From NCBI GenBank assembly GCA_049698775.1, contig JBAVYM010000007.1, forward strand, positions 17,657 through 81,656: DNA of 64,000 bases, given 5' to 3'. The translations under genes and the position numbers were made by a program. The notes below the pieces were generated by a model, which saw only the letters and a program-made list of their open reading frames with translations, ran no database searches and was not told the origin of the DNA. Positions 44,837 to 57,515 of this stretch are shown piece after piece (the stretch's first letter is position 1; every line of letters starts with the position of its first letter). The stretch is from Gammaproteobacteria bacterium (GTDB lineage: Bacteria; Pseudomonadota; Gammaproteobacteria; Natronospirales; REEB76).

Positions 44837-45911
44837 GGCTTGTTCCAATGGGAAGCAAGATGGAAAACACGGTATTGCCCGGCACGCTGGTGCATTCGAT
44901 GAGGCCGTCGTGTCGTCGGACCAGTTCCTGGGCGATGCTGAGACCCAGACCCGAACCACCGGGTTTGCCACTCGTGAGCGGCGTAAACAAGTGCGGCAAC
45001 ATCTCCGGCGGAATGCCCGGGCCGTTGTCGGCCACGTCCACACAGGCCACCAGACGATGGCGTGTGCCGTTGAGGGTGAATTGCCGCAAGCCACGGCTGC
45101 GGAAGGTGATGACGCCGCGCTCGTCCACGGCTTCGCGTGCGTTCTTGGCGAGATTCAGCAGCACCTGGACGATCTGGTCACGGTCCAGCTGCAGCTCCGG
45201 CAGGCTGGGATCGTAATTGCGGACGATTTTGAGTTTTGCCGGCGCCGCAGCCTCCACAAGCCGCGCCACGTGTTCGAGCGGTTCGTGGAGGTTGGTGGCG
45301 ACACGGTGCGAGGGCTGCGACGGACCCAGCAGGGTATCTACCAGCGCCGTGAGCCGATCCGCCTCGTGCACGATGATGCGTGTGTATTCGAGCAGCTTCG
45401 GATCTTGCAGCCGGCGCGCCAGCAGTTGCGCCGCGCCGCGCAGACCGCCCAGGGGATTTTTGATTTCATGGGCCAGATTGCCGGTCAGGGTGCGATTGAA
45501 CGTGCTTTGCTCAGTCAGTGCCGCCTCGCGGGTGATGCGTAAATGCCGGTCCAAGGGTGTCATTTCCACCAGCAATTCCAGAGCGCCTTCGTTTTCGGCC
45601 ACGGGTGAAATCGTGCAATCCACTACGATCGTGTGAGGTGTTTTGGAGGCACCGATCTCCACCGCCAACTCCCGCTGGGTGACAGTCTCGCCGCTGGCCA
45701 AGGCGCGTTTCAGGATAGCCGCGAGTTCGCTGGCGCGCGGCAGGTTTGCCGTGAGCGCCATTCCCCGACAGCGCTGTCCGTCCAAGTTCAGCAGGGTTTC
45801 GGCCGCCGGGTTCAAATAACGCAGGTGGAGCGCATCGTCCAGCCACAGAATTCCGGTGGTTTGGTTCTCAAGCAAAAGACCAAGGAAGTTTGAGGAATTC
45901 GATTCAGACAT
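44817..45911 (-). CDS. ntrB: nitrogen regulation sensor kinase NR(II)
   Basis: PAS domain, H-box (LAHEIKNPLGG) and HATPase domain. Start is 45911 (MSES) or 45920. Confidence 0.9.
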   Translation of the reverse strand: MSESNSSNFLGLLLENQTTGILWLDDALHLRYLNPAAETLLNLDGQRCRGMALTANLPRASELAAILKRALASGETVTQRELAVEIGASKTPHTIVVDCTISPVAENEGALELLVEMTPLDRHLRITREAALTEQSTFNRTLTGNLAHEIKNPLGGLRGAAQLLARRLQDPKLLEYTRIIVHEADRLTALVDTLLGPSQPSHRVATNLHEPLEHVARLVEAAAPAKLKIVRNYDPSLPELQLDRDQIVQVLLNLAKNAREAVDERGVITFRSRGLRQFTLNGTRHRLVACVDVADNGPGIPPEMLPHLFTPLTSGKPGGSGLGLSIAQELVRRHDGLIECTSVPGNTVFSILLPIGTSHERDTA

Positions 45912-45912
45912 T

Positions 45913-45929
45913 TGCACCATTGTAGTGCA
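45913..45929. promoter_or_regulatory. NtrC-type binding site TGCACCattgtAGTGCA
   Basis: Matches TGCACC-N5-GGTGCA in 11 of 12 positions. Fills the DUF4124-ntrB junction. Confidence 0.5.
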
Positions 45930-45937
45930 AATGCACT

Positions 45938-46468
45938 TTAACGGGGCGGTTTAGGTGCCAAAATGCTCTTTTGCTGTACGTAGAAGGTGACCGGACCAGC
46001 TGACATAGAAGCTCCATTCGCAGCGTTCAGCGTCGCGGAAGCGGTATGTTCGCCGCGGGGCACGTCCTTGAAGGTCACCGACGTATTCCCGGTCGGACCG
46101 ATGGTCTGACCGTCCAGGTGATAAGTGATGGTGTCGCCATTGCGCAGCTCGGGAGCCACGCTCACGGACACGGTGACCTCATGCGTATACCAGAGATTGG
46201 CTTGACTGCCGGGCGAGGCCAGCGTGAATTGGGTATATCCGGCCATGGGCGCCGTGGGTGGTAACGGTGGCGGTGCGGGCATGTCGCTGACCGAGGGCGG
46301 TGCATAGGTCTGGGTTTTGGGGAGCTGCACCTTCTCCGCGCCAGGGTGCGGATGATCGGTGTAATGCACGTTGCCTTGGTCATCCACCCATTTGTACACG
46401 CTTTGCGCCTGGGCAAACCCGGCGCCTAAAACCAAGGCCAGCAGCAGTGTGAATGCCAGTTTGTACAT
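45938..46468 (-). CDS. DUF4124-domain secreted protein
   Basis: Signal peptide followed by VYKWVDDQGNVHYTD, the DUF4124 signature. Confidence 0.7.
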   Translation of the reverse strand: MYKLAFTLLLALVLGAGFAQAQSVYKWVDDQGNVHYTDHPHPGAEKVQLPKTQTYAPPSVSDMPAPPPLPPTAPMAGYTQFTLASPGSQANLWYTHEVTVSVSVAPELRNGDTITYHLDGQTIGPTGNTSVTFKDVPRGEHTASATLNAANGASMSAGPVTFYVQQKSILAPKPPR

Positions 46469-46687
46469 GTTTGAAGCCTAGTCAGTTTGCCGTACCTGGG
46501 CAAGTGTCTGCCAAGATAAAATAGCGTCGTGCCCACTCGGATGTTGACGTTTTGTTGACTTGAGGTCATTAAACTTCGTTAAGGAAATCCATGCACGAAC
46601 CTACTTGTAAAAATGGACTGGACGGTCTAGTCTAAGCACTTGGATTCAGTCTAACTGATTCCCCAGTTAAGCACTTGGAATGATCTC

Positions 46688-46852
46688 AACCGCCCTGAAT
46701 CTGAAGGGTGGTTTATCGGTCCCAACAGCGCACCTCCCCGGTGCGCTGAACCGGCCCCGTTTCTCCCTTTCGGGGCCGGCCGGGCGTCTCCCCAAGCGCC
46801 CGGAAGCTTGCCGGCGTACCGTTTCCCCATCCCCCGGTGCGCCGGCTTTTTT
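46688..46852 (+). ncRNA. candidate small RNA: five tandem hairpins, four with CCCC-containing loops, ending in an intrinsic terminator
   Basis: Hairpins at 46688..46713, 46726..46748 (loop TCCCC), 46751..46779 (TTTCTCCCTTT) and 46780..46803 (TCTCCCCAAG). The terminator is at 46810..46846 (12 bp, loop TTTCCCCATCCCC) followed by T6. G-U pairs and the T-run fit only the plus strand. The 5' end is unknown. Confidence 0.45.
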
Positions 46853-46907
46853 ATCCCGATTCACGCGCACATGCAAATCCCGGTTCGGATACAAATGCGC
46901 ATAAGCT

Positions 46908-48317
46908 TCAAAGGCTGAAATACATGTCGAATTCCACTGGATGGGTGGTCATGCGCAGGCGCGTGACTTCCTGCATCTTGAGAGCGATGTAGGCGTCAAT
47001 CACGTCATCACTGAACACGCCGCCCGCCTTGAGAAAGGCACGATCCTTATCGAGGTGCTCGAGCGCCATGTCCAGCGAGTAGCACACCTGCGGGATATTC
47101 TTTTCCTCTTCCGGCGGCAGGTCGTAGAGATCCTTGTCCATGGCCTCGCCCGGATGGATCTTGTTCTGGATACCATCGAGACCGGCCAACAACATGGCGC
47201 TGAAGGCGAAGTAAGGATTGGCGCTCGAATCCGGGAAACGCACCTCGATACGCCGAGCCTTGGGGTTCGCCACATACGGGATGCGGATCGAGGCGGAGCG
47301 GTTGCGCGCCGAATACGCCAGCATCACCGGCGCCTCGAAATGCGGCACCAACCGCTTGTAACTGTTGGTGCCGGCGTTGGTGAAGGCGTTCAGCGCACGC
47401 GCGTGTTTGATGATGCCGCCGATGTAATAAAGCGCGGTCTCCGACAGACCGCCATAAAGATTGCCGCTGAACAGGTTTTTGCCGTCTTTCGCGAGCGATT
47501 GGTGCACGTGCATGCCGCTGCCGTTGTCCCCGACCAGCGGTTTCGGCATGAAAGTGGCGGTCTTGCCATAGGCATGCGCCACATTCATGACCACGTATTT
47601 CAGCACCTGCACCTGATCGGCTTTCTTGACGAGCGTCCCGAAGCTCACGCCGATTTCGCACTGGCCGGCGGTCGCCACTTCATGGTGATGCACCTCAGTC
47701 TTCAAGCCCATCTCCTCGAGCGTCAGGCACATGGCGGAGCGGATGTCCTGTAGTGCGTCCACCGGCGGTACCGGGAAGTAGCCGCCTTTGATGCCTGGGC
47801 GATGGCCGATGTTGCCCCCCGCATAGGCGGTTTCCGAATTCCAGCCGGCTTCCTTGGAATCAATTTTGTAGAACGAGCCGCTGATGTCGGAGCCCCAGCG
47901 AATATCGTCAAAAATGAAGAACTCATTTTCAGGGCCGAAGTAGGCGGCGTCGGCGACGCCAGTGGATTTCAGATAGGCTTCGGCGCGCTTGGCGAGCGAG
48001 CGCGGATCGCGGCCATAACCCTGCATGGTGGCAGGCTCGATCACGTCGCAGCGCAGATTGACGGTGGCTTCCTCGAAGAACGGATCGAGAACCGCGGTAG
48101 CGGGATCCGGCAGCAGGATCATGTCGGACTCGTTGATGCCCTTCCAGCCGGCGATAGAGGAGCCGTCGAACATCTTGCCGTCTTCGAACAGTCCCTCGTC
48201 CACGCTGTCGGCCGGCACGCTCACGTGCTGCTCCTTGCCACGGCTGTCGGTGAAACGGAAATCCACAAACTTCGCGCCTTCCTTGGCAATCAGCTCGAGT
48301 ACGTCTTTGGCGATCAT
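46908..48317 (-). CDS. glnA: glutamine synthetase type I
   Basis: 469 aa from ATG 48317 ([24 protein letters not shown]). Contains the adenylylation-site region NLYDLPPEE and other GSI motifs. Confidence 0.97.
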   Translation of the reverse strand: MIAKDVLELIAKEGAKFVDFRFTDSRGKEQHVSVPADSVDEGLFEDGKMFDGSSIAGWKGINESDMILLPDPATAVLDPFFEEATVNLRCDVIEPATMQGYGRDPRSLAKRAEAYLKSTGVADAAYFGPENEFFIFDDIRWGSDISGSFYKIDSKEAGWNSETAYAGGNIGHRPGIKGGYFPVPPVDALQDIRSAMCLTLEEMGLKTEVHHHEVATAGQCEIGVSFGTLVKKADQVQVLKYVVMNVAHAYGKTATFMPKPLVGDNGSGMHVHQSLAKDGKNLFSGNLYGGLSETALYYIGGIIKHARALNAFTNAGTNSYKRLVPHFEAPVMLAYSARNRSASIRIPYVANPKARRIEVRFPDSSANPYFAFSAMLLAGLDGIQNKIHPGEAMDKDLYDLPPEEEKNIPQVCYSLDMALEHLDKDRAFLKAGGVFSDDVIDAYIALKMQEVTRLRMTTHPVEFDMYFSL

Positions 48318-48351
48318 GGCGAACTCCGGGACGGGGGGTGTTGTATTACAT

Positions 48352-48367
48352 AGCAAGCCGTATGCCA
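48352..48367 (-). promoter_or_regulatory. sigma54 promoter of glnA (glnAp2 type)
   Basis: Minus-strand TGGCATacggcTTGCT, with the -12 element about 35 nt upstream of the ATG. Confidence 0.75.
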
Positions 48368-48427
48368 AATTCTGGTTCTTGTTTTCTGGCACTTTGCAGG
48401 CTGCACTGCGCCCAAAAGTAGCTCGTC

Positions 48428-48465
48428 TGCACCAATACGGTGCATACCTGCACCAACGCAGGTAA
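48428..48465. promoter_or_regulatory. NtrC enhancer: one full site TGCACCaatacGGTGCA plus an adjacent half-site TGCACCAACGCAGGTAA
   Basis: 48428..48444 is a perfect palindromic match. The second site is 48449..48465. They are centred roughly 95 and 115 nt upstream of the predicted start. Confidence 0.75.
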
Positions 48466-48551
48466 ATAGCGGCTTGTGCCAGCGATTCTTTCGAGAGGTT
48501 ATACTTGGCGGCCTTTGAGCCGGGCGGGACGCCAGCCGTTATCCTACAAAA

Positions 48552-49484
48552 ATGAGCGCCAGAATCCCCGCGACTTTCCAAGACTTGATTCTCGCCATAC
48601 AGCAATACTGGGCCCGTCAGGGCTGTGTGTTGCTGCAACCGCTCGACATGGAGGTGGGGGCGGGCACCTTCCATCCCGCCACCTTCCTGCGCGCCATCGG
48701 ACCCGAACCCTGGAGCGCGGCTTACGTGCAGCCGTGCCGGCGGCCCACCGACGGCCGCTACGGCGAAAACCCGAACCGCCTGCAGCATTACTTCCAGTTC
48801 CAAGTAATTATCAAACCCTCGCCGGATGATTTCCAGGAGCTGTATCTGGGTTCACTGAAAACATTGGGCCTTGATCCGTTGGTGCATGACATCCGCTTCG
48901 TCGAAGATAATTGGGAATCGCCCACACTCGGCGCCTGGGGACTCGGTTGGGAAGTGTGGTTGAACGGCATGGAAGTCAGCCAGTTCACCTATTTTCAGCA
49001 GGTGGGCGGACTCGAATGCCGGCCCGTGTCCGGCGAAATCACCTACGGTCTGGAACGCATCGCCATGTACCTGCAGGCGGTGGAAAACGTTTTTGATCTG
49101 GTGTGGACAGACGGGCTGTTCGGTCGCGTGAAATACGGCGACGTGTTCCATCAGAACGAAGTGGAGCAATCCAGATACAACTTCGAAGAAGCAAATACCG
49201 CGAACCTGTTTGCCGGGTTCGACATCTGCGAACAGGAATGCCGGCGTCTGCTGGAAAAGAATTTGCCGTTGCCGGCCTACGAACAAGTCCTGCAGGCATC
49301 GCACACCTTCAATTTGCTGGATGCGCGTCACGCGATTTCCGTCACCGAGCGCCAACGCTTCATCCTCAGGGTACGCACACTTGCACGCGGAGTGGCCGAA
49401 TCCTATTACCAGAGCCGCGAAGCGCTTGGCTTTCCCCTATTGCATGGGGCTGCGCCCAGGAATAAGAAACCTGCTCATGGTTAA
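48552..49484 (+). CDS. glyQ: glycine--tRNA ligase alpha subunit
   Basis: 310 aa; [18 protein letters not shown] and the rest is highly conserved GlyQ. Confidence 0.97.
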   Translation: MSARIPATFQDLILAIQQYWARQGCVLLQPLDMEVGAGTFHPATFLRAIGPEPWSAAYVQPCRRPTDGRYGENPNRLQHYFQFQVIIKPSPDDFQELYLGSLKTLGLDPLVHDIRFVEDNWESPTLGAWGLGWEVWLNGMEVSQFTYFQQVGGLECRPVSGEITYGLERIAMYLQAVENVFDLVWTDGLFGRVKYGDVFHQNEVEQSRYNFEEANTANLFAGFDICEQECRRLLEKNLPLPAYEQVLQASHTFNLLDARHAISVTERQRFILRVRTLARGVAESYYQSREALGFPLLHGAAPRNKKPAHG

Positions 49485-51588
49485 CAAAACTCCAACTGGC
49501 ACCCAGCCTTTCCTGGTAGAGATCGGCACGGAGGAGCTACCGCCCAAGAGCTTGAAAGGTTTGGCAGAAGCTTTTCATCTCAACTTTCTTCTACAACTTG
49601 TTGACAATTTGCTCTATCCAGAGCACCCATCAGAAGGTAAATCGTTTTTCTCGCCACGGCGACTTGCCATATACGTGCCTAGAATTCTCATCGCACAGGA
49701 AAACCGTACAAAAGAGCGTTTAGGTCCAACGGTGAGTGCGGCATTTGATGAGCAGGGTCGGCCAACAAAAGCAGCGGAGGGATTTGCGAAATCCTGCGGT
49801 GTGACCGTAAGTCAGTTGGAGCGCCGCGCCACCGACAAGGGCGAACGGCTCGCCTATACACAGAAACTCAAGGGCAAAACCGCTGCTGAACTGTTGCCAG
49901 AGATCGTGCGTCAGGCACTCGCGAAGCTACCCATCCCGAAACGCATGCGCTGGGGCGCGGGCGAGGTGGAATTCGTGCGACCGGTGCACTGGGTCGTGAT
50001 GCTACTCGGCGACCGTGCGCTCAAAACCGAAATTCTCGGCGTGGTTTCCGGCAACAAAACCTATGGCCACCGCTTTCATCATCCCGCTACCATCACGCTC
50101 AAACGCCCGGCGGACTACCGCAAAACACTCGCCACCACCGGCAAAGTGCTGGTGGAAGATCGCGCGGGCACGCTGGCGAAAAAAATCGGCGCGCTCGTCA
50201 CTCAGGCGGCGAAACGCGCGCGCGGCCATGCTCAACTGGACGAAGCACTGCTGGAAGAAGTGGCCGCGTTGGTGGAATGGCCGGTGCCGGTCACCGGCAG
50301 CTTTGATGAAAAATTCCTGGCGCTGCCGGATGAAGTCATCGTGGCGGTACTGGAAACCCAGCAGCGTTATTTCCCGCTGCGCGACGCGAAAGGCAAATTG
50401 CTGCCGCGGTTTATCGCCATCAGCAACATCCAGAGCCGCAAACCGGCTGAGGTAAAGCACGGCAACGAACGCGTCATCGCGCCGCGGCTGACGGATGCCA
50501 TGTTCTTCTGGGACAGCGACCGCAAGACGCAGCTCGAATCGCGCCTGCAGGAACTGGAACGCGTGACGTTCCAGAAGGGGCTCGGCAGTCTCGCCGACAA
50601 GTCGCGGCGCGTGGCACGTTTGGCTGGAGAAATTGCTCGGGAAATTGGTGGCGACGCACAACTCGCGGAGCGGGCAGGGCGGCTCGCCAAATGCGACCTC
50701 GTCACCGGCATGGTGGGCGAGTTCCCCGAATTGCAGGGCGTCATGGGAGGCTACTACGCGCGCCATGACGGCGAACCGGAGGAGGTGGCGCGTGCCATCG
50801 CCGAACACTACCGGCCGCGCTTTGCCGGAGACGGACTGCCCGCAACAAAAACCGGCCAGGCACTAGCCATTGCCGACAAGCTCGATACCCTCGCCGGCAT
50901 ATTCGCCATCGGCCAGAAGCCCACGGGTGACAAGGATCCCTTCGGTCTGCGGCGCGCGGGCTTGGGTCTCATGCGCATCATCATTGAGCGGCAACTCAAT
51001 TTGGTTTTAGCAGGATGGTTGCGCAACGCACTCCAAGCACAGCCTGCACAGATACAGAATCAAGAAGTGCTGATACCCGAAATATATGAATTCTTACTAG
51101 ACCGATTGCGAGTCTATTTCCTGGAAACGGGCATCCGTGCCGATGTATTTGAGGCGGTGCGCGCCCGCCATCCGGGGCAGCCTCTGGAGTTCCAGCGCCG
51201 CATACAGGCCTTGAATGCATTCCTGACGCTGCCCGAGGCGACCAGCCTCACAGTCGCCAACAACCGCATTGCCAACATCTTGCGTCAGGCGGGCAAAATG
51301 GACGTGCGCGCGGTTGAAACGTCGAAGCTGCGGGAAGCAGCGGAAATATCCCTGCATACGCAAATCCAGCAATTGCAGCACGACATCCGACCGCTGCTGG
51401 CGGCCGGCGACTACACCGCAACCCTCAAAAAGCTCGTGGCATTGCGCGCTCCGGTGGATGCGTTCTTCGACAAGGTGCTGGTGATGGACAAGGATTCGGA
51501 TATCCGCGCCAACCGCCTAGCGCTGCTCGCGGAACTATCCGGTCTTTTCCTGCACACCGCCGATCTGGCGCTAATCCAGACCGATTAA
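49477..51588 (+). CDS. glyS: glycine--tRNA ligase beta subunit
   Basis: 703 aa from ATG 49477. [14 protein letters not shown]-terminus. Overlaps glyQ by 8 nt. Confidence 0.95.
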   Translation: MVNKTPTGTQPFLVEIGTEELPPKSLKGLAEAFHLNFLLQLVDNLLYPEHPSEGKSFFSPRRLAIYVPRILIAQENRTKERLGPTVSAAFDEQGRPTKAAEGFAKSCGVTVSQLERRATDKGERLAYTQKLKGKTAAELLPEIVRQALAKLPIPKRMRWGAGEVEFVRPVHWVVMLLGDRALKTEILGVVSGNKTYGHRFHHPATITLKRPADYRKTLATTGKVLVEDRAGTLAKKIGALVTQAAKRARGHAQLDEALLEEVAALVEWPVPVTGSFDEKFLALPDEVIVAVLETQQRYFPLRDAKGKLLPRFIAISNIQSRKPAEVKHGNERVIAPRLTDAMFFWDSDRKTQLESRLQELERVTFQKGLGSLADKSRRVARLAGEIAREIGGDAQLAERAGRLAKCDLVTGMVGEFPELQGVMGGYYARHDGEPEEVARAIAEHYRPRFAGDGLPATKTGQALAIADKLDTLAGIFAIGQKPTGDKDPFGLRRAGLGLMRIIIERQLNLVLAGWLRNALQAQPAQIQNQEVLIPEIYEFLLDRLRVYFLETGIRADVFEAVRARHPGQPLEFQRRIQALNAFLTLPEATSLTVANNRIANILRQAGKMDVRAVETSKLREAAEISLHTQIQQLQHDIRPLLAAGDYTATLKKLVALRAPVDAFFDKVLVMDKDSDIRANRLALLAELSGLFLHTADLALIQTD

Positions 51589-51592
51589 GCTC

Positions 51593-52134
51593 ATGCGGCT
51601 GGTAGTGCTCGACCGCGACGGCGTCATCAATTACGACTCCGACGCCTACATCAAATCGCCCGAGGAATGGATTCCGATTCCCGGCAGTCTCGATGCCATC
51701 GCGCGATTGCACCGCGCTGGTTTCACGGTTGTAGTCGCCACCAACCAGGCGGGTGTTGGGCGCGGTTTGTTTGATCTCGCAACCCTGGAAGCGATCCATC
51801 ACAAAATGCGTACCGCCGTCGAACAGGCGGGGGGTAAACTGGACAGCATTTTTGTCTGTCCGCACGCGCCCTGGGACAACTGCGACTGCCGCAAACCCAA
51901 ACCTGGCTTGCTCAAACAAATCGCCGAGCGCTTTCACATCAGCTTGCAAGGCGTGCCGGTGATTGGCGACTCGTTGAGAGACATTGAGGCCGCCGAAAGC
52001 GTCGGCGCCCGTCCGCTGCTGGTGCGCAGCGGTTACGGCGAAAAAACGCTTGCGAACCTGGATGTCCCACGCAGAGTGGAGGTATTTGCCGATCTGGCAG
52101 CGGCCGCCGCATATTTACTGCGCGAGTCCAGACC

Positions 52135-52138
<4 letters not shown>
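51593..52138 (+). CDS. gmhB: D-glycero-beta-D-manno-heptose-1,7-bisphosphate 7-phosphatase
   Basis: HAD motif LDRDGVIN and CxHxxxxxCxCRKP zinc motif (CPHAPWDNCDCRKP). Confidence 0.85.
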
Positions 52139-55331
<3,193 letters not shown>

Positions 55332-56402
55332 TTATACCATTTCGCGTATTTCTCCCTGTTTCACGTGGAACACCGATGCCGCCTTCCGGGCAATCGAGGC
55401 GGGAGGTTCGATGGCAGTCATGCAAATCTGGGCGTCCGTTTCTTCGACTTTCTCCATAAATCGCCTCAAGTGTTCTGCGTCCAGTTCTGCTGCCAGATCA
55501 TCCAGTAACAAAGTACAAACGTGCCCCGTCAACTCTTTGTACACCGCTGCCTGGGCCAGCAATAAGGCACCAGCCAAGGCCTTCTCTTGGCCACGGGATG
55601 CCCATTCCTGAGCCGCTTTCCCGTTAATTCTGATCAACATCTCAGCGCGATGCGGACCTGCCTGGGTCCTGCCTGCCAGACGGTCACCTTTGGCGCCTGC
55701 CCGCAGAGCATCCATCAAGCTCTGCGCCTCCGGCCAGCCTGGCCGGTATTCGAGGCTAATCTCGGTGCCACCCAGAGCTTGGCTCGCCCAAGCCGTGGCG
55801 GTAACCGACATGCTCGCCATATAGCGGCGTCTAAAGGCATCCAATGCCTCACCGGTGGAGACCAATTCGCTATCCCAACTTGTCACCTCTTTCTGAGATC
55901 TTCCGGTACGCAACGCCGTATTGCGTTGCCGCCGCGCCCGCTGGTAGCGACGCCAAACCTGAAAAAAGCCTGGTTCCACGTGAAACACGCCCCAATCCAG
56001 AAACTGACGCCGTTGCCGCGGGCCGTTACGAACAAGCTGGTAAGCGTGGTTATCTATCAACTGGACTGGAAAAATCTCCGCCAGTTGTGCCAGATTCTCC
56101 GGGGTCTCGCCCGCAATTTTTGCGTGCAGTTCTCCGTTCCTCCGAACCAAGCCGATTGGGATGGGTGCAGTGGGGCCGCTTATTTCGCCCGCGAGCCGGA
56201 ATTCAACAAAATTTGTTTGAATCGCATTTTCCAGACGGGCCGTTCGGAAGGAGCGACCGCGGCTCAGCAGAAAAATTGCTTCCAACAGACTGGTCTTGCC
56301 GGAAGCATTTTGACCAACGATGAGATTGAAACCAGGAGCGAACCGGAGATCAGCGGCAGCAAAACAGCGGAATTGTCGCAAGGACAGACACAATAAACCC
56401 AT
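55332..56402 (-). CDS. recF: DNA replication and repair protein RecF
   Basis: GQNASGKTSLLEAI Walker A and LLLDDLAAELD Walker B. Positioned between dnaN and gyrB. Confidence 0.95.
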   Translation of the reverse strand: MGLLCLSLRQFRCFAAADLRFAPGFNLIVGQNASGKTSLLEAIFLLSRGRSFRTARLENAIQTNFVEFRLAGEISGPTAPIPIGLVRRNGELHAKIAGETPENLAQLAEIFPVQLIDNHAYQLVRNGPRQRRQFLDWGVFHVEPGFFQVWRRYQRARRQRNTALRTGRSQKEVTSWDSELVSTGEALDAFRRRYMASMSVTATAWASQALGGTEISLEYRPGWPEAQSLMDALRAGAKGDRLAGRTQAGPHRAEMLIRINGKAAQEWASRGQEKALAGALLLAQAAVYKELTGHVCTLLLDDLAAELDAEHLRRFMEKVEETDAQICMTAIEPPASIARKAASVFHVKQGEIREMV

Positions 56403-56414
56403 AATGACCGCAGG

Positions 56415-57515
56415 TCAGAGACGCATAGGCATGACAACGTAACGGCAATGCTCATCTTCGGGCGCGCGTATCAGGCAGCTACTGTTCGCATCGGTGAGCG
56501 TGATGTGAACCTGCTCACTATCCAACGCGGACAGGGCATCCAATAAATAACTCACGTTAAAACCGATCTCCAGTTCGCTGCCCTGATACTGGATTTCCAC
56601 TTCATCTTCGGCTTCTTCTTGCTCTGGGTTATGCGCAAGCACTTTTAGATGCTTGGATGCCAGTTGTAAACGTACTCCACGGTATTTTTCGTTGGAAAGA
56701 ATGGCGGCTCGGTTCAAGGCTTCCCGTAGCAGCAGCCGGTTGGCTGTCACTATCTTGTCGCCACCCTTTGGAACAACTCGCTCGTACTCCGGGAAACGTC
56801 CATCTATCAGCTTCGATGTGAAGCGAATTCCTGGCAACTGGACACGAACATGATTTGTGCCAAATTCAATTTTTGCTTCTATTTCGTTATCTCCCAGCAA
56901 ACGCTGTAGTTCCAGCACCCCTTTACGCGGCACAATCACCTGCTGAGCGGTACCCTCTTCCAATCCGGCTTTCAGGTCACATAAGGCTAAACGGTGGCCA
57001 TCGGTAGCCACGGCCCGGAGGTGCTTTTCACCGATTTCCAGCAACAAGCCGTTTAGGTAATAGCGGACATCCTGTTGAGCCATGGAAAAGGCTGTGCCAG
57101 CGAGGATCTCACTCAAGGCCTTCTGCGGCACAGAGAAACTGCGCTGCGCGTGAATATCCTCCACCGCGGGGAAATCTGCAGCAGGCAACGTCGCCAAACT
57201 GAAGCGACTGCGACCAGAACGCAGAATGAGCTTCTCCTTGTCCACCTGCACAGCAATCTTCACCCCTTCCGGCAAGGCCCGGCAGATGTCCAAGAGCTTG
57301 CGCGCCGGAACGGTGATTTCACCGCTTTCTTGTACTTCTATCGCCGCATCGGCCACCAATTCCACTTCCATATCCGTGGCGGTAACCGATAAGCCTTTGC
57401 CATTTGCAACCAGCAGAACATTGGCCAGGATGGGCATAGTTTGGCGTCTTTCCACCACACCGGCTACGGTTTGAATCGGGACAAGCAAGGTGTCGCGGAG
57501 CGTCTCGAATTTCAT
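56415..57515 (-). CDS. dnaN: DNA polymerase III beta sliding clamp
   Basis: 366 aa; MKFETLRDTLLVPIQTVAGVVERRQTMPILANVLL and C-terminal VVMPMRL. Confidence 0.97.
   Translation of the reverse strand: MKFETLRDTLLVPIQTVAGVVERRQTMPILANVLLVANGKGLSVTATDMEVELVADAAIEVQESGEITVPARKLLDICRALPEGVKIAVQVDKEKLILRSGRSRFSLATLPAADFPAVEDIHAQRSFSVPQKALSEILAGTAFSMAQQDVRYYLNGLLLEIGEKHLRAVATDGHRLALCDLKAGLEEGTAQQVIVPRKGVLELQRLLGDNEIEAKIEFGTNHVRVQLPGIRFTSKLIDGRFPEYERVVPKGGDKIVTANRLLLREALNRAAILSNEKYRGVRLQLASKHLKVLAHNPEQEEAEDEVEIQYQGSELEIGFNVSYLLDALSALDSEQVHITLTDANSSCLIRAPEDEHCRYVVMPMRL

Noticed and set aside
46498-46514. Minus-strand TTGGCAGACACTTGCC as a sigma54 promoter for DUF4124-ntrBC
   Set aside because: The GG-to-GC spacing is 9 nt rather than the invariant 10. 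Only the plus-strand reading has correct spacing, and that one matches the consensus poorly.
48387-48398. TGGCACTTTGCA as a sigma54 promoter
   Set aside because: The GG-to-GC spacing is wrong (5 nt instead of 10). It is also on the strand opposite to glnA, with no downstream gene before glyQ.
48318-48803. 162-aa N-terminal extension of the glnA ORF (and similar extensions of the ntrC, ctpA, envC, folB and dtd ORFs)
   Set aside because: Homology to the known proteins starts at internal ATGs. The extensions cover promoter regions or neighbouring genes.
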